From: a virus
Lineage: Duplodnaviria > Caudoviricetes
Direction: 5' to 3' (one strand)
Length of the DNA: 64,000 bases
IMG/VR virus record: IMGVR_UViG_3300020366_000001
Span: 123,436 to 187,435 of that record
Below, piece after piece: positions 41,544-51,934 of this stretch. The first letter of the stretch is position 1; each line of letters starts with the position of its first letter. The notes below the pieces were generated by a model. The model saw only the letters and a program-made list of their open reading frames with translations. It made no database searches and was not told the origin of the DNA. Made by a program: the position numbers and the translations under genes.

Positions 41544-42878
41544 TTAACAGTTTTTGTTGGAAGTATCTCGTACAAGGGTCATAGCAGAGTAAGATTCATT
41601 AGCTACCCTATTATATCTATGCGCGATACGAAAGATTAAATAATTTCCGCTGCGCATTAGGTCTTTATCATCATCTGATTTCTCAGCGTCTGGTTTAGAT
41701 GACTTGATTAACAAGTCAACTTTCTGCCCTGCACATAAGTTGTGGTTACCTGGGACCACAAGATTACTTACGTTCATTGCCATTGTAGCACGGCGAGCAT
41801 TGTATTGGCAAACGGTATACCGTCCCCAATCCTGAACATCTGCTGGGTCTTCAGATCCCTCTTCGTTATCCATAGAAGCAGGTTCTTCACCATCGTGTGT
41901 AGCTTCTTGTGATACACGAATAGAAAATGTTTTAGAACCTTCTTCCTGATCCAAAAACTCTTGCCACTGTTGTGACTGCCACGAAGAGTGGTCTCTATTG
42001 TTAGCGATGTGTCCCCACTTGTCCCAGTGGTCTTTCAATCGCCACTTGATCTCTACATTTTCTTTGGTGTCAACGTTGTGCTCTCTTATTGTAGCAGCAA
42101 AAACTCCAGCGTCAGCCATTACTTTGAGATCACCATCAGAATCTGTGTAGAAGTCTTGCATCACTAACTGTTCAGGTATTCCACCAGTTCTAGCAGGTGC
42201 ATTGTAATATGAATAGATTGCTTTCTGACCCTGATACTTATCATCTCCCTCTCCTAATGACAGCAGGTGGTCGATACTAGCAAAGTAATATCCATCTTTA
42301 GTGCCATACAAAAAGTACCCACAAGTATTAGAATCTTTATCGCCATCAGGAATAGAAGACACACAAATTTGGTGAGCAACGTGAGTCACATTTCTACCAG
42401 ACCCAGCAACTCTCATCTTATTGAATGGTGCTGGTCCCTTAGCACTAATCGTACCACTGAACCCTGCATCCTCCATCATTGTACGGATGATTGAATCACC
42501 TGTACCATCATACACTTTCTTTGTCTTATGTTTAGAAACAACTTCCGATTCTGCTTTAATACAATCAGCAGAATATAACTTGCCACCTTCTTCCGCAGCA
42601 ACTGATTTTATATTCTTCAATACAAATTCGTGTTCAACTGATTCCGTGGCGTGCATAGGATTAGCAACCACAATCGTCAGTTTCTCTCCACCTTGGACTG
42701 CCAGATCTGCTGCCTTCAAATCAAAGAAAGAGACTCTTGCTGTAGGAAAAAAGCATTCAAGATCTTCGTAGTATGTAAATTCTACTAGAGAGTTGAGTAA
42801 ATCATATGCGTTGCCTGTATTAGTTATCAGCAGAGCTTTAGTAAGATCAAACTGTAAAGGATTAGTTGCTTCTTCCAT
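41544..42878 (-). CDS. baseplate hub protein (gp27-like)
   Basis: F.YYEDL, GYFLY.TKDGYYFASID.L, VPGN..L.AG..V, SG.YLI..I.H, L.RD.; lies between the tape-measure-like gene and gp5. Confidence 0.6.
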   Translation of the reverse strand: MEEATNPLQFDLTKALLITNTGNAYDLLNSLVEFTYYEDLECFFPTARVSFFDLKAADLAVQGGEKLTIVVANPMHATESVEHEFVLKNIKSVAAEEGGKLYSADCIKAESEVVSKHKTKKVYDGTGDSIIRTMMEDAGFSGTISAKGPAPFNKMRVAGSGRNVTHVAHQICVSSIPDGDKDSNTCGYFLYGTKDGYYFASIDHLLSLGEGDDKYQGQKAIYSYYNAPARTGGIPEQLVMQDFYTDSDGDLKVMADAGVFAATIREHNVDTKENVEIKWRLKDHWDKWGHIANNRDHSSWQSQQWQEFLDQEEGSKTFSIRVSQEATHDGEEPASMDNEEGSEDPADVQDWGRYTVCQYNARRATMAMNVSNLVVPGNHNLCAGQKVDLLIKSSKPDAEKSDDDKDLMRSGNYLIFRIAHRYNRVANESYSAMTLVRDTSNKNC

Positions 42879-45800
42879 TAGATTGCAAAGATACGACCGC
42901 CATCACTGACTGGTGAGAGTGTTTGAATAACTGTTACGCCTCCAACAGCAGTAACACCAGCGTTACCACCATTAGCGCTACTTGCAACGCCAGGGAGACT
43001 ACCAAGAACAGATTGCATAGTCTGTGTAAGACCTGCCATCGCTTGAGCAAAATTAAATCCTCCATCCTGGGAAGATTCAGATCCCATCATCTGTCCACTC
43101 ATACTGTTGAAAGAACCGCTAATTCTATCAGTTAAATTACCAGCAGCATTTAATCCAGCCGCTGTAGCATCCAATAAGGGAACACTATTTCCAGATCTGT
43201 TTTCATATTGAACGTTTGTACTACCAGACATACCAGTAGAACTAAAGGGAGACTGTAAAGTATACCCAAACCTACGAGGATCTTTAAGACTACTACCCGC
43301 ACGACCCACGTCACCTTCAACAGTTCCTGTTTCCCAATGCAAGTGAGGTGCAGTGCTGTTACCAGTGCTACCCAAGCGACCAACCAAGGTACCTTTCTTA
43401 TATTGTTTACCGATCTGGAGACCAGTGGGTCGCTGCATATGTGCATACAGATGAGTGATACCATCATCAGTGGTGAAGTAAATTGAGTTGCCATATCCAG
43501 CATCACCTCTTCCCCAGGTACGTTTGTCTACGACGACAGCATTTTTAGGTAGGTACATTTTCTGCCCACCCCTATCACCATTGAATCCGATGTCGATGCC
43601 CTGGTGCATCTTACCCCAACGCCATCCACGACCTGATGTCAAGACGGGTCCACCACTACCAATACCAGTGGGTTTTCTATTCATACCAAGCATAGAAGGT
43701 CCACCTTGACCTGTTGCATCACCTTGGTTACCAAGACCATCAACAAAACTACTAACGTTACCGATAACATCACCCGACATTGAAGATTCAAGACCATCAA
43801 CTAATTCAGCGAACCCTGAAGGCAGCAGTCTTTTCACAATAGGATTATTAATGAGGTTCTTAAAGATTCCATATGCCCCTTTGAATATACCAACGATACC
43901 CTGAATTACTCCAGTAACAAGATCAATCGCCTTACCAAGAGCCCAACCAACACCCTGCATCACTGGTGCGATGCCTTTCATTAAAAGTTTGGCAACAACA
44001 CCAATGATTCTACCAATATTCTTCAGCACTTCAATAAATCCACCACCTTCACCAGACTCTCCACCGACACCGAAGACACCAGCGAGTGCATCCAGTGCTC
44101 CCATAATTTTCCCGCCAAGTTCTTTGAACTGATCCATCACAGGACCAAAAGTCGCACCCCAATCAAATGATTTAAATGTGTTTGCGAATCCTTCTCCGAG
44201 GAACTTACCAACGTTCTCACCTAACCAGGCACCTGCTGCAGCACCAAGAGCAGTACCGATAGGACCGAGAGCACTACCTAAGATACCACCAACCACAGTA
44301 CCGACACCAGCACCTGCGCCAGCACCAGCAGATCTACCAATGATCTTCGCTTTGTCTTTCTTCAGAGTGCCATCAGCAAGACCAGCATTCACCTCCTCTC
44401 GTGTCATATTATTCTCTTCCATCAGGCGTGCCATCTCTTCGTCGTTCGCTTCCATAGCACCGAAACCAGCAGAGATTAAGGAACCAAGAACAGGAATGCG
44501 TTTGACAATAGATCCAGTACCCCTTACAGCAGCACCAGCACCACCTTTGAGCATACTACCAGTTTTACCTAGCATTCCTGGCGGTGGTGCTGGACCCATC
44601 ACTGGTGCTCTCAAGTTCTTGAGTCCAGTAGCAGCTCTCTGAGCAACACCAGGAGTAGCACGGACAACACCAGCAGCACCCCTAGCAAGACCCTGAGCAC
44701 CACGCGATCCAACTTTACTTACTTGGAGGGCAGCTTTACCCAGATCAAAGTTCGCAACAGCAGACTTAACACTACCACCAAAAGTTTTTAATGACTTACC
44801 TAGGTTTGCAAACTGTCCAGGCAATGCTTTCAATGCACTACCCAAAGAAGTAATAGTTTTTACCTTAAGGTTCTTAAGATTCTTAACGATGTCATCAAAG
44901 ACACCCATCATTGCAGCTTGAGGACCACCAATTTTCGAGGCAGCTATAAACTGCTTGACCCCCTGCGGAGTTGCTGCAGAGACTGCTTGCCTAGTAGCAC
45001 TGACAGCATTCTGAGCACCTGTTCTGATGCCTCTACCAGCACGGAAGACACCTCCCGCTTCCATCCCAACGTCACCAACACCACGTGCAATGTTCGGGAA
45101 AGGACGATTTGCAGTGCGGAGAACAGATACATCATCGGCACCAGTGATGCCCTGCATAAACAGCTTACGCTGTTGGTTGATATTGCCAGGAAGATTTTTT
45201 AGATTGCTAGGGAGATTTCTTATTGTGGTTGCACCTCTTGATGCTCCCTGTCTTGCGCTACTGATAAAGTCAGCAGCTCTTCCTCTAGTATTTTGTGCAG
45301 CGGAAGAAACAAAATCTTTTAAAGTCTTAGGAGTAATACCAGTTGCTAGAGTCGTACTACGTGCACGTGCACCCTGTCTAATAGCAATGTCATCTAATCG
45401 ATTAGCTAATCCACCAGTATTAGTACGACCAACTCTGTTTAAACCAGCTTCAACACCATCGAGTGCTAAGTTACCAGTAGCTTTAATACCTCTACCAGCT
45501 AAACCAGCAGTTCCCTTTGCTCCCTTTACTATTCCTCTACCAACAGCACCACGAACTTTACCACCAGTCGTAGCATACCTACCAGATTTAGCAGCATTAA
45601 CGCCCATTGCGGCGTGCTGCATACTAAACATACTGAACCCAGCAATGGGCGTCAGGAAGTCTCCTAACTGAGAAGAGAATTCTCTGACTCTATCCCCAGC
45701 ATTTCTTAGTCTATCTCCAAGATCCTCAAAGCTACCAGACAGAGCACCAACTGCTGCAGCAAGTCCTGCAAGTCCTGCAACTGTAAGTAGTCCTTTGGGT

Positions 45801-46132
45801 GTGAGAACCTGCCTCATCATCCCACCAAGGAGATCCTGCAGGAAGTTCTTACCTCCCTTCTTAGGTACTACCTTATCCTTGACTTGGATCCTCTTAGACC
45901 TTGCTTCAATCGCAGCTTCTTGTGCAGCAAATGCTCTCCTAGATGCTTGCTTCTGCGTTAGAGTAAAGGTCTTTTGTTGTAATATTAATTGCTTGCTCTG
46001 CAAGTTGACTAGATCACTCAGCAAAGCATTAGTTACCATCTGTTGCTTCACAGATTGAGCAACCAGTTTAGCGGTGGTCTTATCAGCACCACTAAACGGA
46101 GAGGTAGTATACTTCGAGGGATCTAATGCCAT
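42878..46132 (-). CDS. hub/tape-measure-like protein with C-terminal M23 peptidase
   Basis: Long A/G/K-rich helical region with hydrophobic Gly zippers; M23 motifs HQGID, YAHM, G..GSTGNSTAPHLHWE. Confidence 0.75.
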   Translation of the reverse strand: MALDPSKYTTSPFSGADKTTAKLVAQSVKQQMVTNALLSDLVNLQSKQLILQQKTFTLTQKQASRRAFAAQEAAIEARSKRIQVKDKVVPKKGGKNFLQDLLGGMMRQVLTPKGLLTVAGLAGLAAAVGALSGSFEDLGDRLRNAGDRVREFSSQLGDFLTPIAGFSMFSMQHAAMGVNAAKSGRYATTGGKVRGAVGRGIVKGAKGTAGLAGRGIKATGNLALDGVEAGLNRVGRTNTGGLANRLDDIAIRQGARARSTTLATGITPKTLKDFVSSAAQNTRGRAADFISSARQGASRGATTIRNLPSNLKNLPGNINQQRKLFMQGITGADDVSVLRTANRPFPNIARGVGDVGMEAGGVFRAGRGIRTGAQNAVSATRQAVSAATPQGVKQFIAASKIGGPQAAMMGVFDDIVKNLKNLKVKTITSLGSALKALPGQFANLGKSLKTFGGSVKSAVANFDLGKAALQVSKVGSRGAQGLARGAAGVVRATPGVAQRAATGLKNLRAPVMGPAPPPGMLGKTGSMLKGGAGAAVRGTGSIVKRIPVLGSLISAGFGAMEANDEEMARLMEENNMTREEVNAGLADGTLKKDKAKIIGRSAGAGAGAGVGTVVGGILGSALGPIGTALGAAAGAWLGENVGKFLGEGFANTFKSFDWGATFGPVMDQFKELGGKIMGALDALAGVFGVGGESGEGGGFIEVLKNIGRIIGVVAKLLMKGIAPVMQGVGWALGKAIDLVTGVIQGIVGIFKGAYGIFKNLINNPIVKRLLPSGFAELVDGLESSMSGDVIGNVSSFVDGLGNQGDATGQGGPSMLGMNRKPTGIGSGGPVLTSGRGWRWGKMHQGIDIGFNGDRGGQKMYLPKNAVVVDKRTWGRGDAGYGNSIYFTTDDGITHLYAHMQRPTGLQIGKQYKKGTLVGRLGSTGNSTAPHLHWETGTVEGDVGRAGSSLKDPRRFGYTLQSPFSSTGMSGSTNVQYENRSGNSVPLLDATAAGLNAAGNLTDRISGSFNSMSGQMMGSESSQDGGFNFAQAMAGLTQTMQSVLGSLPGVASSANGGNAGVTAVGGVTVIQTLSPVSDGGRIFAI

Positions 46133-46317
46133 TACTTGTTAGCGTTGTATTGCTGTTGCTTTAACTTCTCTTCTTCTAGGTGTGCGAGAAGGAGAGCAAG
46201 ATATACTTCCCTTTCCCAAGGGATCATATTTTCCAACTCTGATAACGAGTATTTGTGATGTTGCATCAACGCAAAGTTTGTCCTGAAATAATTCTCTAGA
46301 GAATTATAGGACATCAC
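46132..46317 (-). CDS. gp51: baseplate hub assembly catalyst
   Basis: L.NYFRTNFALMQHHKYSLSELENMIPWEREVY. Confidence 0.88.
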   Translation of the reverse strand: MMSYNSLENYFRTNFALMQHHKYSLSELENMIPWEREVYLALLLAHLEEEKLKQQQYNANK

Positions 46318-47027
46318 TACCCGAAAAAACTTGCCAAACCCTCAAGCGTGTATTCAGATTCAACTTTTGTGTTGGGATTCAATACCTTAAAGCTATGCTT
46401 TAATTTAGGCATCGTTTGGAAGAACGTTTGAACGCTCTCAAATTGTTTTGAGGTTAGACTCTCAAGGAAATGAACCAATTCCTTTTTGCTGGCAGCAGAA
46501 GCTTCATAAACTTCATCACCATCAATGATCTGTTCGATACAATCAGCAATCAAATCAAATACTTCTTCAGCAGTTTGTTCTGTCGAAAAGTTTGACTTAA
46601 TAAATTGATCGATCGATGGATAATTCATTAAGATAGTAACGCTGTCATTAATATAGACTTGCTTGGTGTGGTCATCTGGTTTAGTAACGTTGACATCATT
46701 GAGGTCAATTTTTACATCAACTTCAGTGGTCTCGTCATCATTACAGATAACTTTGAGTTCCAGTTCCTCACTAACAGACTTGGCACGGATCTGCAAAAAC
46801 AGATACTCCAAATCAAACATCGCAAGTTTCTCTAGACGAATTCTACTAGTGATACAAGACTTTAACAGTGATAACACTGCATCTTGAATCTGCTTTTCAT
46901 CCTCTGATTCAATTGCCGTGAGAAGAACCTTCTCTTCTTTGACTAAGAAAGGACGGTACTTGATAGTCTGTCCAGTGGATGGAAGCTCAGTAGTATAAGT
47001 CGGTACCTCAAGTTTTGGTAAAGGCAT
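46317..47027 (-). CDS. gp26: baseplate hub subunit
   Basis: MPLPKLEVPTY..ELPSTG..IKYRPFLVKEEK.LL, FD.EYLFLQIRAKSV.E, LEGLASFF. Confidence 0.9.
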   Translation of the reverse strand: MPLPKLEVPTYTTELPSTGQTIKYRPFLVKEEKVLLTAIESEDEKQIQDAVLSLLKSCITSRIRLEKLAMFDLEYLFLQIRAKSVSEELELKVICNDDETTEVDVKIDLNDVNVTKPDDHTKQVYINDSVTILMNYPSIDQFIKSNFSTEQTAEEVFDLIADCIEQIIDGDEVYEASAASKKELVHFLESLTSKQFESVQTFFQTMPKLKHSFKVLNPNTKVESEYTLEGLASFFG

Positions 47028-47063
47028 AATGATCGCTACAATTCAGTATTATTATTTAGAGTG

Positions 47064-47822
47064 TTACGAAAAGATTTTTCCTAGATCAGTGGTTAATGAT
47101 TTGAATGAATCACCTACATTTCTAATAGCATCTGACATCCTACGAGGGTTACTTATGATACCTCTGTTAGGATTTTCCAGATGAGTTCTGGTGTCAGCAA
47201 ACTGGACTTCAAATCTTTCGTAGTATATATTGACGCTACATTGTAATAGAGTGGATGCTCCAGCGTCAAGAGGAACAGCATCAATAGAATATGGATACGC
47301 TTTGGTAAACCAATAGCGCATACTTCTACCTTGCTTAGGGTGTGTGGGTCCAGGTTCAAACTTATCTACAACTACAGTCCTACAATATTCATCAGGGTAT
47401 CTAAGTCTGGTATATCTATTCCTAACTCTCGTAGGGAAAGGTAAGATAGATGTATCTATCTGTTCTGGATTACCTGACTTGTCATAGTCTGAAAAGATAT
47501 TATCAAACCAAGCGTTAAAGAACTTGTACGCTGTCATATTAGCATCACAGATGAACTGCAACGACAAATCGTTGTACATTTTCATCGTCGGATACTTAAA
47601 CGAGTGTCCTGTATAGTATCCATTCACTTGTCCAGTGCTCGCTTGGATACTAGGTAAGGATACGTTGCTACAGAAGACCGAGAGTGATTCCTGATCAAAG
47701 TCAGGAATGTCTGCAAAGAACGATCCTGTTACATCGGGAATCGTAACCTCAAATTGATTAGACTTAGCGATACCACCGCCTTTTCTAATCTCCTTCCGTA
47801 CTCTATCGTAGAGGTTCGCCAT
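47064..47822 (-). CDS. baseplate/tail tube initiator-like (gp54/gp19 fold)
   Basis: GG.AKSNQFEV, C..VSLP, AYPYSI.A.PL; position next to gp26 and divergent from gp4. Confidence 0.6.
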   Translation of the reverse strand: MANLYDRVRKEIRKGGGIAKSNQFEVTIPDVTGSFFADIPDFDQESLSVFCSNVSLPSIQASTGQVNGYYTGHSFKYPTMKMYNDLSLQFICDANMTAYKFFNAWFDNIFSDYDKSGNPEQIDTSILPFPTRVRNRYTRLRYPDEYCRTVVVDKFEPGPTHPKQGRSMRYWFTKAYPYSIDAVPLDAGASTLLQCSVNIYYERFEVQFADTRTHLENPNRGIISNPRRMSDAIRNVGDSFKSLTTDLGKIFS

Positions 47823-47854
47823 CTAAATAGGCAATATGGTTACATTATATTTAT
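47823..47854. promoter_or_regulatory. overlapping divergent late promoters
   Basis: CTAAATA (+, 47823-47829) upstream of gp4 and ATAAATA (-, 47848-47854) upstream of the gp54-like gene. Confidence 0.55.
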
Positions 47855-48293
47855 GGCGTACTCAGGGCAGTACAAACCAGTGAACATCAAAAAGTATAAG
47901 GGCGACCCAAGAAAGATATTTTACCGCTCATCTTGGGAACTCAAGTTTATGAAATACTGTGATATAAATGCTGCTATTTTAGAGTGGGGTAGTGAAGAGA
48001 TCATCGTACCATATCGCTGTCCCACTGATGGAAGAGTACACCGTTACTACCCAGATTTTTATATCAAAGTCAGAGATAAACAAGGTTACCTGAAGAAGTA
48101 TATAATTGAGATCAAACCTAAGAAGCAGACCAAACCACCTGATGTTCCGAAAAGAAAAACTAAAAAGTATTTGACTGAGGTAAATACCTTTATGAAGAAC
48201 GCTGCTAAGTGGAAGGCAGCGAGAAATTTTTGTGATGATCGTGGTATGGACTTCCTTATCCTAACGGAGGATCATCTTGGACTCAGTTTTTGA
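47853..48293 (+). CDS. gp4: head completion protein (TnsA-like nuclease)
   Basis: MAYSG.YKP.N..KYKGDP..I.YRSSWE..FM.YCD, W.SEE..VPY, RYYPDF, EIKP, N.AKW.AA; start at ATG 47853. Confidence 0.92.
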   Translation: MAYSGQYKPVNIKKYKGDPRKIFYRSSWELKFMKYCDINAAILEWGSEEIIVPYRCPTDGRVHRYYPDFYIKVRDKQGYLKKYIIEIKPKKQTKPPDVPKRKTKKYLTEVNTFMKNAAKWKAARNFCDDRGMDFLILTEDHLGLSF

Positions 48294-48870
48294 GAAACTA
48301 GAAGCAGCACAAGACGGACAAGATCGTAGTCCTGCCTGGTGGAAGAAGGCAGGAAAAATTGCTGTGCGTTCTACTATATCAGAGGCAACAAAAGAAGAGA
48401 TCATTCAGCGAGAGAAATCTAATACAGATGATCCTAATGGTGTAAGAATGAAACCTAGGACAGGAACTCTAGTTCTATTTGAATACGATGCTAAGACAAC
48501 TAAGCAGAGTATGAAGTATTATGATCGTCTTCCACTTCTACTAGTGTTAGATGTAAAACAGCAGCATTTTATTGGAGCGAACTTACATTACATCAGTCCG
48601 AAGAAAAGATTAAAAACAATTGAGGCATTACTTAATGGGAAGATAGATGTACCCCGTAAAGTAATCCATAAATATAAGCGAAGTGATGTAGAAGGTAGTC
48701 TCTTTATTGAGATTGCGGAAAGCGATTGGGACTCAGCAATGTATATGCCAATCGAACAATTCGTTAGCGCTATCGGAAAGATAGAAATACCCGTCCCATC
48801 TCTGAAGGTATGGGTTGAGTATGATCCTCAAACAAAATATCGTTTCAGAGCTAAACGCAAAATTCAATGA
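48277..48870 (+). CDS. gp2: DNA end protector protein
   Basis: F.YDAKT....YYDR.PL, F.GANLHY; synteny gp4-gp2-gp48-gp53. Confidence 0.8.
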   Translation: MDSVFEKLEAAQDGQDRSPAWWKKAGKIAVRSTISEATKEEIIQREKSNTDDPNGVRMKPRTGTLVLFEYDAKTTKQSMKYYDRLPLLLVLDVKQQHFIGANLHYISPKKRLKTIEALLNGKIDVPRKVIHKYKRSDVEGSLFIEIAESDWDSAMYMPIEQFVSAIGKIEIPVPSLKVWVEYDPQTKYRFRAKRKIQ

Positions 48871-49784
48871 GCAATTCCGATCAAACATTGAGGTTCCCAT
48901 ATGACAAGATGGATGAACACGATGATTATATCCTTTTTAAAATTTTTAAATACCAACCACCTTTCAAAGGAGCGAAGTGCTTAGGACAAGGTGCTGGTGG
49001 TATTGATTACGGTGGTACTTTTGCAGGGTATGACATCACTGGTTTCGGTGCAGAAGAAAGAACCGAATACAAACCAATGGTGTTGTTTATGCCTGAGGAT
49101 ATTAGGGATGCACACACCCGTGACTGGGGAACTAAAGCTATTAGTAATGTAGCACGCGAAGGTCTGAAGATGACCAGTAAAGTTCTCGATCAGATAGGAA
49201 CCCCCAGTACTCAACAGGGGTTGCAAGGATTTGCTGACAGAATGAAAGCAGTTGCTCCTAATCAATTGAAGACACAAGCAGGTGCTCTTGCTAAGTCTAT
49301 GCTAGGTCAAGGTGTCTCTGGTGCTTTAGGTGTAGAAGCAAACGTTGGTTTTGGTGGTGTGCTTGGTGAAGTTCTCAATCCTAACCTAGAAGTTATGTTC
49401 TCGGGTCCTGGGATGAGAGAGTTTCAATTCCAATGGACTATGGTTCCTAGGAATGCCAAGGAAGCAATCATTATTAAAGAAATCATCTGGCAATTTAAGA
49501 GAGCATCAGCACCAACTATCAAGAAAGATGGTTGGTTCTTAAGCGTTCCTAACATTTTCAAAATTCAATATAAGACTGGAAGTAAAGACAACCATTGGTT
49601 AAATAAAATGAAAGGTTGTGCTTTAACTGCAGTTGATGTGGACTACACCGCTGCTGGTTCTTGGTCTACCTTGAAAGATGGTTCGCCAACAGCAACCACT
49701 CTAACGTTAAACTTCAAAGAACTCAAGATGATTCTTGGGAATGATCTTGGCGACAAATACGAAGCAGGGAGACAGTACTACTGA
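48867..49784 (+). CDS. gp48: baseplate tail tube cap
   Basis: LNPNLE.MFSGP..REF.F.W...PRN..EA..I..II..FK, CALT.V.VDYT..G. Confidence 0.85.
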   Translation: MSNSDQTLRFPYDKMDEHDDYILFKIFKYQPPFKGAKCLGQGAGGIDYGGTFAGYDITGFGAEERTEYKPMVLFMPEDIRDAHTRDWGTKAISNVAREGLKMTSKVLDQIGTPSTQQGLQGFADRMKAVAPNQLKTQAGALAKSMLGQGVSGALGVEANVGFGGVLGEVLNPNLEVMFSGPGMREFQFQWTMVPRNAKEAIIIKEIIWQFKRASAPTIKKDGWFLSVPNIFKIQYKTGSKDNHWLNKMKGCALTAVDVDYTAAGSWSTLKDGSPTATTLTLNFKELKMILGNDLGDKYEAGRQYY

Positions 49785-51934
49785 TGCCATATTTTTCTTA
49801 CCTACCAAACATCAAACTTGCTTCTCGACCCATTAGATTTCCGTGGTCGGAACAGCAATATAAGACTGCGAAAAATATCTTCAGAAGATTTACTCTTTCT
49901 GATGCTGCTATAGAGACGACAACATATTTTAAAAAATATACTGTCAGTGATAAAGATCGTCCTGATCTGATCTCCCAAAGTGTTTATGGTAGACCAGATT
50001 ATGATTGGATTGTGATGATGAGTAACAACGTTGTCAATCCATACTTTGATTGGCCAATGACTACTGATGTGCTAGCACAGTACATCAACCAAAAATATGA
50101 TGAACCATATGATATCAAACACTATGTCACTAGAGAAGTAAAGAACTCACAAGGTGATGTAGTATTACCAGCTGGTCAAATTGTAGACGAAGGATTCTAT
50201 CGTGCACCATACTGGTTAGAGTATGACAATAACCTTGACGATTTCCCAGAGGTAAAGAATACTGCAGAACTAGTTCTTCAAAGAAGAATTGTTGTTGAGA
50301 CTATTCAGGTTGATCACTCGTATACTTTCCCACAAGTGGGTGTAGAAATTGCTCCAACCATTGTGGTCGAAGCACCAGATGCTCCTAATGGTAGTCTGTC
50401 TCCTGTCAGAGCAACTGGTACCGTTAACCTCTCCAGTACTGGTACCTTCAGGAGAGTTAAGATGACTAATGGTGGTAATAGTTACACCGTACCTCCTACA
50501 GTAACCTTCACTGGTGGTATGGCAGGTGTAGGTGCTACTGCCCTCCTCAGTCAGACTGGTAACGTTACTGGTGTCCAATTAGATGGTCAAGTATTCGATA
50601 CCACAGATGCAAATAATTTCTATGAACTTGGCAATGGTGCTACGATCGTTGGAAATGGTAGTGGCACAGGCACAAGTGGTGGTTTCAATATCAGTCCTGG
50701 TGGCACACACTTAAGATTTGGAGAGAGTTCTGGAACACGTTATGCAACGTTTGTAAAACAAGACTCTCGTTCTTTCCAGACTGTTCGTGTGTATGCTATC
50801 CGTGGTAATGGAAGTAACGGTGGCGAAACACCTGACATTAATGGTGTAGAAGATTTGATGATCCGTTATCAGATCAATGAAACTGAACCAGATGAAGCAG
50901 AGTGGATCAATCTTGGTATTGTTATCGACGCTGTTCCTAATGGTAGTGGTTCTGGTGTATTGGAGAACTACGATTTCTTACTACCACCCGAAGCACAATC
51001 AGAGCACGCTTGGTTCCAACTGTATCAACCTGGCAACAGTGGTCCAGGGTATGATCACTATGGCATCCTGAGTTTAACATTCATCGATGCATCAATTGAA
51101 TACGCTGACAGTGGTGTCATCTTTACTCCTAATGAAACAGACACAACTGGTGTTGGTGCTACGGGTATTGTGTATCTGAATAAAAGAGTTGAGAGTGTTA
51201 CTGTAACCAATGAAGGTTCCTACGATGAGATAGGTAGAGATCTTTTAATCACAATGACAAACAGTGGTTACGATGATGGACCAGGAAATGCTAATTCACA
51301 GAGTGGTTTAGTGTATCGTACTGGTAGAGAAGTCTTACCAGTTTTCTCTGCTACAACTGTGCAAGATGGAAGTACTATCAATCCTAATGCAGAGATACAT
51401 TTTTCCAATGGTACCATCGGTATTATGGAGAGTGTAACTATGACAGCAGAGCAAATGAATATGACTCTGAACTTACAGAATCCTGATCCCAATAATCCTC
51501 TCAGTGTTGATATGAAATGGGAACACTACAACCCTAATGGATTTGCACCTGGGTCTGGTAATGGTAGTGATGGAATCATTAAAGAAATTCTCTCTACCGA
51601 ACTGACCGAACCAACATATGTTGACAAAGACAATAACAAGTTTAGATACAAGACTGTACGTGAAGTCTCAAAGACTTCTGGATGGGAGAAACTTGTTCGC
51701 GATAGTTTCAGGTTCTTAGATCCTTCAGGAACAACCATCACTATTACTGGTGACTCTGTTGCTAGAGCAGTAACTAACTTTGATTACGAGACAGAATTAA
51801 ACGACAAAAAGCGTGAGATTTACGTCCTTAAAGAACGATTCGTCTCACGCTTCGTTGAGGATATGAAGAGGCAATTGCCTTACAAAACCTCTAGTGATTA
51901 TATCAGCGGATCACTGAAGAGATCTGCAGATTAG
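49784..51934 (+). CDS. gp53: baseplate wedge protein gp53 with ~500-aa internal insertion
   Basis: N-terminal YF..LPN, KNIFRR, RPD.I....YG..DYDW, ..WP; C-terminal VTN.DYE..LND.KR.I.VLK; extra beta-rich domains in between. Confidence 0.85.
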   Translation: MPYFSYLPNIKLASRPIRFPWSEQQYKTAKNIFRRFTLSDAAIETTTYFKKYTVSDKDRPDLISQSVYGRPDYDWIVMMSNNVVNPYFDWPMTTDVLAQYINQKYDEPYDIKHYVTREVKNSQGDVVLPAGQIVDEGFYRAPYWLEYDNNLDDFPEVKNTAELVLQRRIVVETIQVDHSYTFPQVGVEIAPTIVVEAPDAPNGSLSPVRATGTVNLSSTGTFRRVKMTNGGNSYTVPPTVTFTGGMAGVGATALLSQTGNVTGVQLDGQVFDTTDANNFYELGNGATIVGNGSGTGTSGGFNISPGGTHLRFGESSGTRYATFVKQDSRSFQTVRVYAIRGNGSNGGETPDINGVEDLMIRYQINETEPDEAEWINLGIVIDAVPNGSGSGVLENYDFLLPPEAQSEHAWFQLYQPGNSGPGYDHYGILSLTFIDASIEYADSGVIFTPNETDTTGVGATGIVYLNKRVESVTVTNEGSYDEIGRDLLITMTNSGYDDGPGNANSQSGLVYRTGREVLPVFSATTVQDGSTINPNAEIHFSNGTIGIMESVTMTAEQMNMTLNLQNPDPNNPLSVDMKWEHYNPNGFAPGSGNGSDGIIKEILSTELTEPTYVDKDNNKFRYKTVREVSKTSGWEKLVRDSFRFLDPSGTTITITGDSVARAVTNFDYETELNDKKREIYVLKERFVSRFVEDMKRQLPYKTSSDYISGSLKRSAD

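Noticed and set aside
44178-45671. 154-aa and 214-aa Pro/Ala-rich antisense ORFs
   Set aside because: Reverse-complement mirror of Gly/Ala codons in the tape-measure-like gene.
49784-51934. Intein or intron explaining the long gp53
   Set aside because: No Cys/Ser...His-Asn splice motifs or LAGLIDADG/HNH motifs, and the frame is uninterrupted.
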